Shown: one piece after another, positions 36,501 through 46,142 of the stretch | Numbering within the stretch: the stretch's first letter is position 1 | Layout: every line of letters starts with the position of its first letter | DNA from: Candidatus Latescibacterota bacterium | GTDB lineage: Bacteria > Latescibacterota > UBA2968 > UBA8231 | Length of the DNA: 64,000 bases | Direction: 5' to 3' | Assembly (NCBI GenBank): GCA_965200315.1 | Contig: OZ241362.1 | Span: 3,680,001-3,744,000, forward strand | The notes under the pieces: generated by a model | What the model saw: only the letters and a program-made list of their open reading frames with translations | The model's database searches: none | What the model was told of the DNA's origin: nothing | Position numbers and translations under genes: made by a program

Positions 36501-37316
36501 GTCGTTTTTCGCCGTGCGATAGGGGGCAGGATCAAATCCCGGATACCGCGTCGCCATCCCCGCGATAAATTCTTCCGTCCACAGCGGGTCGCCCGGCGGC
36601 GGGAAGCCCAGCAGTTCGCGCTGGCGCGGCGTGGCTTCAGCCATGAAGCGATTCACGGCGGCACCTTGGGCACCACTCTTATACGTGAAGGTGCGACCGC
36701 CGTCCCAAGGGCGGTCCTTGCGGGTAAAGCCCACCCACATGACCGGGCGGTGGCCCGCTGGCGCAATGAAATCGGAGGCGGCGTGGCGGGTGAAGACGCT
36801 GTAGAGGCACACCGAGCCGCCGGGGACGATCATCGGCACGGCTTCCGCGTCGGAGTGGCCCTTGGGCACCATGCGGATCGGTGCCATACCTTCCTCGACG
36901 TCGTCGAAGCAGTAGAAACAGACCAAGTTCATAAAGTCGTCGGGCTCGATGATCGGCCCCAGCGTGTTGTTGCCGTAGTCGATGTGGAAATTGGTGCCGT
37001 ATTCCTCGCCGGCGTATTTCATGCCCAAGTGCCCCTCGCAGAGCCGAATCTCGCGTGTGCCCAAGACGCGCTCGGCCGCGTCGATCAGATCGGGATGGAC
37101 GGTGACGTGATTGAGGCCGGAGTGGTCCCAAGGGAAGACTCTTTGCTGGGGGGTGTCGTTGCGGCAGTCGTTGGCTAGGTATTGGTCGTAGGACGGCGCA
37201 AAATGAGTGAAGAAGCCGTCGAGCGCGGCCTGCTGCTCGTCTTTGGTAAGGAAGTTCTCGACGATCAGGAAGCCCTGTTCTTTGTACGTAGCGAGTTGGG
37301 CGTCGGTGATGTGCAT
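36435..37316 (-). CDS. Phytanoyl-CoA dioxygenase (PhyH) family protein
   Basis: YKEQGFLIVENFL, FHID (HxD), VPKGH, TRHAA. Confidence 0.8.
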   Translation of the reverse strand: MHITDAQLATYKEQGFLIVENFLTKDEQQAALDGFFTHFAPSYDQYLANDCRNDTPQQRVFPWDHSGLNHVTVHPDLIDAAERVLGTREIRLCEGHLGMKYAGEEYGTNFHIDYGNNTLGPIIEPDDFMNLVCFYCFDDVEEGMAPIRMVPKGHSDAEAVPMIVPGGSVCLYSVFTRHAASDFIAPAGHRPVMWVGFTRKDRPWDGGRTFTYKSGAQGAAVNRFMAEATPRQRELLGFPPPGDPLWTEEFIAGMATRYPGFDPAPYRTAKNDDAGTLNARYVNRRVVLPTDSK

Positions 37317-37322
37317 TTGCTA

Positions 37323-38234
37323 TCACTTGTCGGCGTAGATCCCCACAATGCGCTGCAATAGGTCTAGGGCCTGCCCGCGCTCTCGCTGGAAGGCGTTGCG
37401 ACCGATGATGGAGCCAAAGCCGCCGCCATCGCGGATGCCGGTGATCTCTTCGATAATTTCTTCTTCGCCCTTGGCCGGGCCGCCAGAAAAGATCACCACG
37501 CGCCGCCTGTTGAACGCCGATTGCACCACGTGGCTCACGCACTCGGCCAAGTTGTTAGCTGGCACATCTGCATACGCCTTGCGCGCCTCGTCTTGCTCAA
37601 TGTGAGCCGTAGGCGGTTTGACCTTGATGATATGGGCCCCTAGCTGGGCGGCGATCTGGGCGGCGTACGCGGTGACATCGAGCGCAGTCTCTCCGTCCTT
37701 GCTCAAGTCCGTGCCGCGCGGATAAGACCAAACCACCACCACCAAACCGTGCCGCTTGGCCTCTTCGGCTAGGGCTTGCAGCTTCTCGTACATCTCCTGC
37801 CGCAGAGCCGAACCCGGATAGACCGTGTAGCCGATGCCAACGCAACCCAAGCGCAGAGCGGCAGCGATGGAGCCGGTGAGCGACTGGGTGGGGTCTGCGT
37901 CGGAGTGGAGGTTTTCGCGGTTGTTGAGCTTGAGAATCAGCGGCAAATCGCCGGCGTAGTCGCGCGCGCCGGCTTCGAGGAACCCGAGTGGGGCGGCGTA
38001 TGCAGTGAGGCCAGCGTCAATGGCCAACTCAAAGTGATAGCGCGGATCGTAGGCCGGCGGGTTGGGAGCGAAGCTGCGCCCGGGGCCGTGCTCGACTCCC
38101 TGGTCTACGGGCAGAATGACCAGCTTACCGGTGCCGCCGAGTGCGCCGTGGTTGAGCAAGTGCGCCAAGTTGGTCAAAGTACCGGGATTGTCGCTGCCAT
38201 ACCAACTTAGAATTTCGCGGATGCGCTCTTGCAT
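37323..38234 (-). CDS. fbaB: Class I fructose-bisphosphate aldolase (DhnA type)
   Basis: ILPVDQGVEHGP, WSYPRG, AHIIKVK, FSGG, IIGRNAFQR. Confidence 0.9.
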   Translation of the reverse strand: MQERIREILSWYGSDNPGTLTNLAHLLNHGALGGTGKLVILPVDQGVEHGPGRSFAPNPPAYDPRYHFELAIDAGLTAYAAPLGFLEAGARDYAGDLPLILKLNNRENLHSDADPTQSLTGSIAAALRLGCVGIGYTVYPGSALRQEMYEKLQALAEEAKRHGLVVVVWSYPRGTDLSKDGETALDVTAYAAQIAAQLGAHIIKVKPPTAHIEQDEARKAYADVPANNLAECVSHVVQSAFNRRRVVIFSGGPAKGEEEIIEEITGIRDGGGFGSIIGRNAFQRERGQALDLLQRIVGIYADK

Positions 38235-38271
38235 TTTGTACCTTTCTCGCATGTAATGAGTAGGAATTGAC

Positions 38272-38317
38272 AAAAAGAAAAGCTCCTCTAGCGCGCAAAG
38301 CGCGCTAGAGGAGCTTG
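38272..38317 (-). terminator. Intrinsic terminator after tRNA
   Basis: Perfect stem AAGCTCCTCTAGCGCGC-AAA-GCGCGCTAGAGGAGCTT with T-rich tail on the minus strand. Confidence 0.85.
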
Positions 38318-38323
38318 ACAAAA

Positions 38324-38400
38324 TGGCGGGGACGACGAGACTCGAACTCGCGACCTTCGGCGTGACAGGCCGACGTTCTAACCAACTGAACTACGCCCCC
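38324..38400 (-). tRNA. tRNA-Asp(GTC)
   Basis: GGGGGCGTAGTTCAGTTGGTTAGAACGTCGGCCTGTCACGCCGAAGGTCGCGAGTTCGAGTCTCGTCGTCCCCGCCA; 77 nt, encoded CCA. Confidence 0.97.
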
Positions 38401-38439
38401 ATTGCTTGAAGTGAAAGGTAAGAGCCAGACTAGATAATG

Positions 38440-38973
38440 TCAATGGACGACCGATGCTTTGGCCTGTGCAGCGCTCTCTTTTTTTAACCGCTTGAGCGCC
38501 CCGCGCATGAGCTGGCGCTTGAGCGGACTGAGGTGGTCGATGAAGAGCTTGCCGTCGAGGTGGTCGATTTCGTGCTGGAGGGCGCGGGCGTAAAAGCCCT
38601 CGCCCGAGGTCTTGAACGGCTGGCCATTGAGGCCAATGGCCTCGACTTCGACCCAAGCGTAGCGCTTGACATCGCCGTACAGGTCGGGAAAGCTCAGACA
38701 ACCCTCCTCGCCGATTTGCTCGCCCTCGTGGCCCGTGATCTTGGGGTTGATTAAGGCCACCGGCTGGTAGTTGGGCTGATGGGCGGTCACATCGATGACG
38801 CAGACCCGTTTGAGGACGCCAATCTGCGGGGCGGCAAGTCCGACCCCCTCTGCGGCGCGCATGGAGTCGAAGAGGTCGGCGACGAGGGCGCGGATGGCGT
38901 CGTCCGCCACGGCAACTGGAGCACACATCTGGCGGAGGCACTGCGCTCCGAACAGCGCGATTTCGCGTTTCAT
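38440..38973 (-). CDS. def: Peptide deformylase
   Basis: GVGLAAPQ, EGCLS, QHEIDHL. Confidence 0.95.
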   Translation of the reverse strand: MKREIALFGAQCLRQMCAPVAVADDAIRALVADLFDSMRAAEGVGLAAPQIGVLKRVCVIDVTAHQPNYQPVALINPKITGHEGEQIGEEGCLSFPDLYGDVKRYAWVEVEAIGLNGQPFKTSGEGFYARALQHEIDHLDGKLFIDHLSPLKRQLMRGALKRLKKESAAQAKASVVH

Positions 38974-40019
38974 GCGTCCAAGGGCTCTAATTCGAGGGCA
39001 ATATAGCGCAGGCCCAGTTCTGCGAGCGCAGCCACTAAAGCCGAGCGCAACCGGATTTCAGCGAGGCGGGCGATGGCTGCTGCGGGCAAGCGCAGCACGA
39101 GCATCTGGTCGCGCTGCTCGTATGCAGCCGGCAGCAGCGAATGCGCTGCGAGCAGCGGATTGACCCGCGCAAAGAGCGGCTCGTCGGCACCGGAATCGGC
39201 GATGGTGATCAGCGCCTCGTTCATGCTGCCGGAGCGAAAGCCGCACAGATCAACGGCAGCTTGCAAATAGCCAATTTCCCGCAAGTGATCCAGCAAAGAC
39301 CGACGCGCATCCGAGTCGCCCAGCAGGCGCGTCAAGTCCTCAGCGGGCAACTCAATGCGCGACAGCGTCTCGTGGTGGCGGGCGCGAACCTGACCAAAGC
39401 CACAGACCTCGCGTAGATAGGACTCGGCGCGGTCAATTTGGCGCAGGCCCTCGGCGGTAACGGGTGTGCCGTAGGGGAAGCGCGACGAGAGGCAAGCCAT
39501 GGCCGGGCGGTCCCATACCACCAGTCCCCAGCGTTTGGCTAGGGCACGCACATCGTCCTTGGTCAGGCCCGCTTCGGCTAAGGGCGCGTGTACGCCGCGC
39601 TCGCGGGCGGCCGCAGCCCCGGGGCGGAAATCGCCGATGTCGTCGGCGTTTTGGCCGTAGAGGATGTAAGCGATATTGAGCCTGCGCGCTAGCTGCTCCA
39701 TCTGGGTGAACAGCTCTTGCTTGCAGTAGTAGCAGCGGTTGGGCGCGTTTTTGGCGTAGTCGGGGTTGTCCAACTCGCGGGTCTTGACCACCTCGTGGCG
39801 GATGCCGAACTCGCGGGTGATCTCGGCAGCCTTCTCCAACTCGCCGGTGGCATAGCTCTCAGAGTCCGCGGTGACGCAGATAGCCCCCTCGCCCAACACC
39901 CGCTGGGCTACCACTGCCAGCGTGGCGCTATCGACCCCGCCCGAATAGCCGACCAGCACCTGTCCCATCGGGCGCAGAATTTCTTCGAGATGCGCTAGTT
40001 TTTCGTCGAGGGAAAGCAC
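38970..40019 (-). CDS. larE: LarE-family ATP-dependent sulfur insertase with C-terminal extension
   Basis: PP-loop SGGVDS, RCYYCK, DFRPG, ACLSSRFPYG, GFRSGSMN. Confidence 0.85.
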   Translation of the reverse strand: MLSLDEKLAHLEEILRPMGQVLVGYSGGVDSATLAVVAQRVLGEGAICVTADSESYATGELEKAAEITREFGIRHEVVKTRELDNPDYAKNAPNRCYYCKQELFTQMEQLARRLNIAYILYGQNADDIGDFRPGAAAARERGVHAPLAEAGLTKDDVRALAKRWGLVVWDRPAMACLSSRFPYGTPVTAEGLRQIDRAESYLREVCGFGQVRARHHETLSRIELPAEDLTRLLGDSDARRSLLDHLREIGYLQAAVDLCGFRSGSMNEALITIADSGADEPLFARVNPLLAAHSLLPAAYEQRDQMLVLRLPAAAIARLAEIRLRSALVAALAELGLRYIALELEPLDA

Positions 40020-40024
40020 GGCGC

Positions 40025-41473
40025 TCAGAAAGGGGATTTTTCCGTGGACACAGCGCAGGGCATGATCGCAGCGTCGACCATGCCGTGCAGGATCTTTTTG
40101 TCGGCCGGGAACACTAGGGCTTGGATGCCGCACAGACGCGGCGCATCGCCGACGATGTAGTAATAAGGACGCAGCATCACCCGGCCCCGCATGGGCACGA
40201 CCTCGTCGCGGTCAAAGTCGTAGTAGCGCACAGTGCGACGGGCAGCCTTGTGGAATTCCTGCAAGATATAGGGCTGATGCGCAAAACGATCGAGGGCCTC
40301 TTGCACGCGCTCGGCCCATTCGGCTTCGGACAGATCGTGGCCGATGGACACGCCCTTGCTCTCATACGCTATGTTGGAAAAACCCGAGGGCTTGAGCACC
40401 AGTTCGCGCTGCTTTTTGGTTAGGTGCTTCAACTGCTGCCAGTCGTTGACGGGCTGGCCGCCAATGTCGAGGCCGGGAATGATGGCGTGGGGGGGCAGCG
40501 GCCGCGCATCGACAATCCACGAGCGCGGGATCAGACTGTCCAAGGCGGCAAAAGGCTCCTTGCCCAAGGCGCGGCGCCAATAGGATTTGAGCGCGGGGTG
40601 GTGGTAGAACGCCAGCCAGAGTTTTTCTTCTAGGTACGCCTTCGGCGGCGGGGTCAAGCACAGGGCGTTTTTCTTGGTGAAATAGGTAAAAAGCTCGGCC
40701 TTGGGGATGTTTTTGAGATCGAACAGTTCAAAGAAGCGATAGGCCGCGTCAATGCGCCAAGGGGCCGGCTCGTCAGCACCTTGGAGGAAGAGGCCATTTT
40801 CGTCAAAGCGGGCCTCGCGCGGGTGAGCACTGCGGGCCGGTTTGCCAGCCGCCTGCAAGCACTCGACCAGCCATTCCATTTCTCGGCGATAGGCTTCGGA
40901 TTCGTCCGAGACAAAGAGGGCGAAACGCGGCTCATCTACCTTGGCAACAGCGGCAATGGCTTCGTAGAATGGGTCGATCAGGCCGCGGGCACCGCCGATG
41001 ATGGCGTGGCCAAGATCGGCATAAACCTCCGATACTTGGGCGGTGAAGCCCATGCCGCCGGGGATGGCGTCTAGTTCGACTAGCTTGAAGCCGTCCTCGG
41101 TAAGCAGGAGATCCGGACGGATGACCAAGGGCAACTGGGACTTGATGCGATTCCAGAGGCCCATTTCGCGCACGGCACTCGGTTTGCCCAAATCCAAGTA
41201 CTCGCGAATCCAAGGCGGCTCGACGCCTTTGGCGCTCTGGTGGTAAAGCTGATTGGAGGCTCTGTAAAACTGATGGAGGACGCCGCCGAGTTGGTCTAGG
41301 TAGCGGTGTTGCGCCGGCGAAAGCCAGAACGGCTCCGGGGCAATGCGCCACGGCAGATTACTGTCCGGGTGTAAATGGGTGCGGTCGCCTTCAAAAAGGC
41401 CGCCGGCAGGACAGTGGGCGTTGATGTGGAGGCAGAGCGCTTTGAGATCGGATGCGGTGCTGGGCAGGGACAT
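40025..41473 (-). CDS. ATP-grasp-like (Gsp synthase/circularly permuted type) protein
   Basis: IRPDLL..VELDAIPGG, EEKL, LVLKPSGFS, YILQEF. Confidence 0.6.
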   Translation of the reverse strand: MSLPSTASDLKALCLHINAHCPAGGLFEGDRTHLHPDSNLPWRIAPEPFWLSPAQHRYLDQLGGVLHQFYRASNQLYHQSAKGVEPPWIREYLDLGKPSAVREMGLWNRIKSQLPLVIRPDLLLTEDGFKLVELDAIPGGMGFTAQVSEVYADLGHAIIGGARGLIDPFYEAIAAVAKVDEPRFALFVSDESEAYRREMEWLVECLQAAGKPARSAHPREARFDENGLFLQGADEPAPWRIDAAYRFFELFDLKNIPKAELFTYFTKKNALCLTPPPKAYLEEKLWLAFYHHPALKSYWRRALGKEPFAALDSLIPRSWIVDARPLPPHAIIPGLDIGGQPVNDWQQLKHLTKKQRELVLKPSGFSNIAYESKGVSIGHDLSEAEWAERVQEALDRFAHQPYILQEFHKAARRTVRYYDFDRDEVVPMRGRVMLRPYYYIVGDAPRLCGIQALVFPADKKILHGMVDAAIMPCAVSTEKSPF

Positions 41474-41607
41474 CGAATAGGCTCTCTAATGTGATGTATG
41501 CACACCAATTTAGGATAAATGGTACGCTAGGTCAACGACGGGCCTGTTGACCTTTGGCAAGATCGAGCCCGCACCGCATATTTGCTCAAGCGACGAAGGA
41601 GCGCGAT

Positions 41608-42441
41608 ATGGAGCTAATAGGCAGGCGTTGCCTAGTAACCGGCGGTGGGCGCGGCATTGGCCGGGCCATTGCCTTGGCCTTGGCGCGGGAAGGGGCGCAC
41701 GTGGCAATTTTAGCCCGCACCGGATCAGAGCTAGACGAGACAGCCGCGCTTTTGGCAGACCAAGGCCAAAAAACAGCGTTGAAACTACCGGCGGATGTGG
41801 GGCGGCGCGAGGAAGTAGATGCGGCCATTGAGCGCGTACTCGCAGCTTGGGGTGGGGTCGATGTACTGGTCAACAACGCGGGAATTCAGGGGCCTATCGG
41901 TAGGGTGGAAGAGGTCGATCCAGAGGCTTGGATGCAGGTAGTGCAGGTCAACCTCGGCGGCTGTTTCTACTGCACCCGCAAGGTCTTGCCGGCCATGATC
42001 GCCCAGCACTACGGCAAGATCATCAACCTCTCGGGCGGCGGCGCGGTGGGGCCGCGGCCCTTCTTTAGTGCGTATAGTGCCTCCAAAGCCGCAGTCGTGC
42101 GCTTTAGCGAAAACTTGGCCGGAGAAGTGGCCGAACACGGCATTGACGTCAACGCCATGGCCCCTGGAGCGGTCAACACGCGGATGCTCGACCAACGACT
42201 AGCGGCCGGCGCGTCCGTAAGCGCAGAGGAACGGGAGCGAGATCAGCACCTGTTGCGCGAGGGCCACGCTACGGGCGAGCGAGCAGCCGCGCTGGCAGTC
42301 TATCTGGCCTCGGCGCGCTCAGACGGGCTGACGGGGCGGCTGCTATCCGCAGTTTGGGATCCGTGGGAAACCCTCGATGTCGAGGCGATTGTGGCCACAG
42401 AGACCTTTGCCGTGCGGCGCGTACCGCGGCAGGAGGACTGA
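41608..42441 (+). CDS. SDR oxidoreductase
   Basis: TGGGRGIG, NNAG, YSASK. Confidence 0.9.
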   Translation: MELIGRRCLVTGGGRGIGRAIALALAREGAHVAILARTGSELDETAALLADQGQKTALKLPADVGRREEVDAAIERVLAAWGGVDVLVNNAGIQGPIGRVEEVDPEAWMQVVQVNLGGCFYCTRKVLPAMIAQHYGKIINLSGGGAVGPRPFFSAYSASKAAVVRFSENLAGEVAEHGIDVNAMAPGAVNTRMLDQRLAAGASVSAEERERDQHLLREGHATGERAAALAVYLASARSDGLTGRLLSAVWDPWETLDVEAIVATETFAVRRVPRQED

Positions 42442-43461
42442 GTGTACAAGGTCGGGATCGTCGGAGCGGGTCGCATGGGGCGGCGGCGAGCGGCCACGGC
42501 TAACGCCCATCCTGAGTCCGCAGTAACCCTGATCTACGACGAGTACGCGCCAGCCGCGGCCGAATTGGCCGCCGAATGCGGGGCCGCAGTCGCCGCTTCG
42601 CAGGAGGAGCTAATCACAGCCGATCTCGACATTGCGGTGGTCGCGACGACGCACGACGCCTTGGCTCCCATCAGCACCGCCGCCCTCTTGGCCGACAAAC
42701 ACGTCTTGTGCGAAAAGCCGCTGGGACGCAACCCCCAAGAAGCCCGGCAGGCCGTCGCCGCGGCCGAGCAAAGCGGGCGCGTACTCAAGGTCGGCTACAA
42801 CCACCGCTATCACCCTGCCATCCAAAAGCTACACGAAGTCTGCACGGCGGGCGGGATCGGTCCGCTGCTGAGCATCCGGGCGCACTATGGCCACGGCGGG
42901 CGGCCCGGCTACGACCGCGAGTGGCGGACCGATCCCGAAAAGGCGGGCGGCGGCGAGCTTTTAGACCAAGGGGCGCATCTAATCGACTTGGCCAAGTGGC
43001 TCTTGGGGGACTTTGCCGAAGTCACAGGCTATGCCGAGACCCACTTCTGGGACGCGCCCGTGGAGGACAACGCCTACGGTCTCTTTCGCACGGCCACCGG
43101 GCAGATCGCCTCGCTACACGCGAGCTGGACGCAGTGGAAAAACCTCTTCAGTTTCGAGGTTTTCGGACGCGACGGCTATGTCTCCGCCGCGGGCTTGGGG
43201 GGATTCTACGGGCCGGAACGCGCCATCGTGGGGCGGCGCAATCCCCAAGGCGGCGCACCCGACAGCGAGCATTTTGACTACCCGGATGAGGATCGCTCGT
43301 GGGAGCTGGAATGGGCCGATTTTTTGCGCGGTCTAGCCGGCGCGGGCACCCCTTATTCGCTTGGACGGGAGGCTTTGGAGACTATCGAGTGGATTGACCG
43401 ACTCTACCGGGCTGCTGCCGAGAGGCGCTCCGTACGGCGGGAAGAATCGCTAACCATATAG
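42442..43461 (+). CDS. Gfo/Idh/MocA oxidoreductase
   Basis: GIVGAGRMG, LCEKP, GYNHRY, GGELLDQGAH. Confidence 0.9.
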   Translation: MYKVGIVGAGRMGRRRAATANAHPESAVTLIYDEYAPAAAELAAECGAAVAASQEELITADLDIAVVATTHDALAPISTAALLADKHVLCEKPLGRNPQEARQAVAAAEQSGRVLKVGYNHRYHPAIQKLHEVCTAGGIGPLLSIRAHYGHGGRPGYDREWRTDPEKAGGGELLDQGAHLIDLAKWLLGDFAEVTGYAETHFWDAPVEDNAYGLFRTATGQIASLHASWTQWKNLFSFEVFGRDGYVSAAGLGGFYGPERAIVGRRNPQGGAPDSEHFDYPDEDRSWELEWADFLRGLAGAGTPYSLGREALETIEWIDRLYRAAAERRSVRREESLTI

Positions 43462-43483
43462 AAAAAAACGAGTTGCGAACAGT

Positions 43484-43522
43484 GTAGTCGCCGCGCCACT
43501 AGGTGTGGCGATTATTTTTTTT
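43484..43522 (+). terminator. Intrinsic terminator
   Basis: AGTCGCCGCGCC..GGTGTGGCGATT followed by a T run. Confidence 0.6.
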
Positions 43523-43697
43523 CGCACATGTCATTTTTTTAAAATTTTTGTGCAAAAATTTCTTACCATATAGATAGCTAGACGATAAACACTACTCTTT
43601 TGTCTATAGAAAGGAAGGGAAACCCTTTTAGACGAAGTGAAGAACCCTAAACCCATTATTCCGCATCTCAGATACCCTTAACCCCGCAGGAAGTGCT

Positions 43698-43949
43698 ATG
43701 AGAACAGATCAGGATACTGCCCAAGTGGAACGCATTGCGATGGCTTATAGACGCCTTGCTAACGCTATGATTCTCAGTACTTTACGCGAAATATCCAAGA
43801 TGGATGAGGTCGTGATAACCCCAGATGGCACCCCGGAGATGGCCTTTGTCGAAAGCTCTAGGATCGATCCTTGGTGCGAACTGGCTGGCCTCGAACCCGA
43901 AGTCGTGCGCAAGGCCGCTAAACGGCTGATAGAGGAACGAGCTTTTTAG
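43698..43949 (+). CDS. Small hypothetical protein (phage-type motif LANAMI..WCELAGLEP)
   Basis: AGGA RBS, stand-alone ORF with its own terminator. Confidence 0.65.
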   Translation: MRTDQDTAQVERIAMAYRRLANAMILSTLREISKMDEVVITPDGTPEMAFVESSRIDPWCELAGLEPEVVRKAAKRLIEERAF

Positions 43950-43968
43950 CATCGCACAGCACAAACCA

Positions 43969-44010
43969 ACAAAAAAGCTCCGGGACGAACACTCCCGGAG
44001 CTTTTTGTTT
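43969..44010. terminator. Bidirectional terminator
   Basis: AAAAAAGCTCCGGGA..TCCCGGAGCTTTTT between convergent genes. Confidence 0.85.
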
Positions 44011-46017
44011 TTAGTAGCCAGCGCGAAGCGTGGCGCTCGCGGCGTGGTCGAGGAGGCCGCGCACCACTTTTTCAGCATCGCGGTGACGTAGGTCCTCAAA
44101 GCGCAAGGCCCAGACGTGATCCCGGTACGCCATGTTGCGCAGTTCAATGAGGACTTTGACGTCAGCGGGGTTGTTGCGCAAGACCCCCAGCCCTTGCCCG
44201 CGGACGCGGGCACCAGCCCCTAAGGCCGGGAGCAGGGAGCGAGCGAACTGGCGCGAGACGCGATCTACGCGCCCACTCCTGCTGCTTTTGTAGTATAGAA
44301 CCAGTGGCACCTCTGGAGCCTTGGGGGAGCTATCGGCGTGGAGAGAAAGAAAGATGCGCCGGCCCCGTGGCGCATTGGCAAAGGCCTGACGGGCAATGCG
44401 CACACGAGTCGAAAGATTGCTGCCGCGCGGCCAAGCACTGAGCTTGTTGGTCTGGTTGTAAGCGGCTAGGTTGTACACTTCGTTTTTTTCGTTGACAAAA
44501 GTCTGGGTCGGCGGATCGTTTTGGCGGATTAGGTGGTTGGGGCTGAGTAGGGTCATGGTGACTTGGGCCCCGTGCAAGCGCGCTAAAACATAGACCCGTA
44601 GCGCGATGTCGAAGACGTACTCGTCCTCTACTACATAGAGCCTGTTGCCATTGCCGTCGCGGGTGCGAACCACTGCGCCCGGGTCCAGCCCGCCGTGCCC
44701 TGGATCGAGGACGATGTGCCATCCTTCCAACCGAGAGCTCAAGTGCCCCATGAGTCCAACCTTGATTTCAAATTCTCGCCACAGGCGCACTGCTTGGCGA
44801 TACGTCTGACGCGGCGAGCTTGGATGGCCCTCGTAATAGGTCTTGCTCTTCTGGCGCGCATTGCGGGGCCGAGAAAAGTAGTAAGGGCCATTGTCGGATG
44901 CGATTTTTGGCGTGTCAGCGCGGCGGATCTGTAGGTCGTCCCAATTGATCTCAGACAATTCTACCCAGCGCATTGGCCGCACCTTGAGCCGGTCGCCTGG
45001 ATGGATGACGGCGTTTCTCTTCAATTTGTTGATGCGGGTGATTTCGGCCACGCTCATCTGGTGCAGCCGGGCGATCTGCGCGAGGTAATCGCCCCGTTTC
45101 ACCACGTACGTGGCCAGCCGCGGGCCGCTCGCGGGCGCAGCACTCGGTTCGAGTTTCCAGTCGGAGTAGAGCTTGAGCTCTTGGCCTGGGTAGATGCGGT
45201 TTGACCGGAGACCGTTGAGTACCTTGAGGCGATAGACGCTGATGCCGTATGCGCGGGCAATCTCCCACAGCGCGTCCCCGCGCTCCACGATGTGTACCGT
45301 GCTCGCCGCGTCTTTGAGTCGCAGCTTCTGGCCGATGAGAATCCGGTCGCCATCAAGCGCGTTGAGGCGCTGCAATTGGCTGACCGAGACTCGATAGCGC
45401 CGGGCAATCTCAGTCAGGTTTTCGCCTTCTTGCACCACATGGACGGCTTCCTCTAACCGCGAAGCGCGCAGGCGGAGCTTTTGCCCGGGCCGAATGAGGT
45501 CGCTTTTGAGCTTGTTGAGCTGGCGCAGGAAACTCAAGCCCACGTCAAATCGCAGGGCGATTTTCGACAGGGTATCGCCCGGGCGAACCGTGTATTCGCG
45601 CAGCTCTTCATCTGGGTCGTCAATCGAGGCACTCCGAACGGGCGTGGCCGTTTGCAAGTAGAGCTTCTGCCCGACGTGGATGACGTTCCTATTGAGGCGG
45701 TTGAGTGCCTTGAGCTTATAGACCGGGACGGCGAACTGCCGAGCTATTTTCGAGAGCGTGTCGCCGCGCCGGACGCGATACCAATCGCCGCTTTTTACTG
45801 GCGGACCAACTTTGAGACTCTGGCCAGCGTATATCCTATTGCTGCGGAGCTTGTTCCAGCGCTTGATTTGCCTCTGCGAGGTTCGGTAGCGCGCAGCAAT
45901 CTCAGAGAGCGTATCCCCTCGTTTGACCGCGTGGACGATTGGACTCCTGCGCTCGGCGGCGTCCAGTGCAAAAGCACACAAGAGCAGCGCCACCAAGATG
46001 TAAATCGGGCGCGACAT
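44011..46017 (-). CDS. 6x LysM + N-acetylmuramoyl-L-alanine amidase (Amidase_3)
   Basis: Signal peptide, six VxxGD/ExLxxIA repeats, LDPGHGG..E..SLHAD..IEL. Confidence 0.88.
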   Translation of the reverse strand: MSRPIYILVALLLCAFALDAAERRSPIVHAVKRGDTLSEIAARYRTSQRQIKRWNKLRSNRIYAGQSLKVGPPVKSGDWYRVRRGDTLSKIARQFAVPVYKLKALNRLNRNVIHVGQKLYLQTATPVRSASIDDPDEELREYTVRPGDTLSKIALRFDVGLSFLRQLNKLKSDLIRPGQKLRLRASRLEEAVHVVQEGENLTEIARRYRVSVSQLQRLNALDGDRILIGQKLRLKDAASTVHIVERGDALWEIARAYGISVYRLKVLNGLRSNRIYPGQELKLYSDWKLEPSAAPASGPRLATYVVKRGDYLAQIARLHQMSVAEITRINKLKRNAVIHPGDRLKVRPMRWVELSEINWDDLQIRRADTPKIASDNGPYYFSRPRNARQKSKTYYEGHPSSPRQTYRQAVRLWREFEIKVGLMGHLSSRLEGWHIVLDPGHGGLDPGAVVRTRDGNGNRLYVVEDEYVFDIALRVYVLARLHGAQVTMTLLSPNHLIRQNDPPTQTFVNEKNEVYNLAAYNQTNKLSAWPRGSNLSTRVRIARQAFANAPRGRRIFLSLHADSSPKAPEVPLVLYYKSSRSGRVDRVSRQFARSLLPALGAGARVRGQGLGVLRNNPADVKVLIELRNMAYRDHVWALRFEDLRHRDAEKVVRGLLDHAASATLRAGY

Positions 46018-46142
46018 GGACTAACTATTAATTGGAAAACAAGGGAAGGGGTTTTGCAGGGGTTTTGCAAGTATAAGGTCATTAAGGCTATTGCGCAAAG
46101 ACTACTTGTTGGCCACAGAGGAGCAACCTATACTTCGCCTCC

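Noticed and set aside
38324-38400. tRNA-Asp as attachment site for the islands
   Set aside because: No duplicated tRNA 3' end or integrase seen; flanks are housekeeping genes.
43570-43697. c-di-GMP or other known riboswitch
   Set aside because: Only short hairpins; no recognisable consensus.
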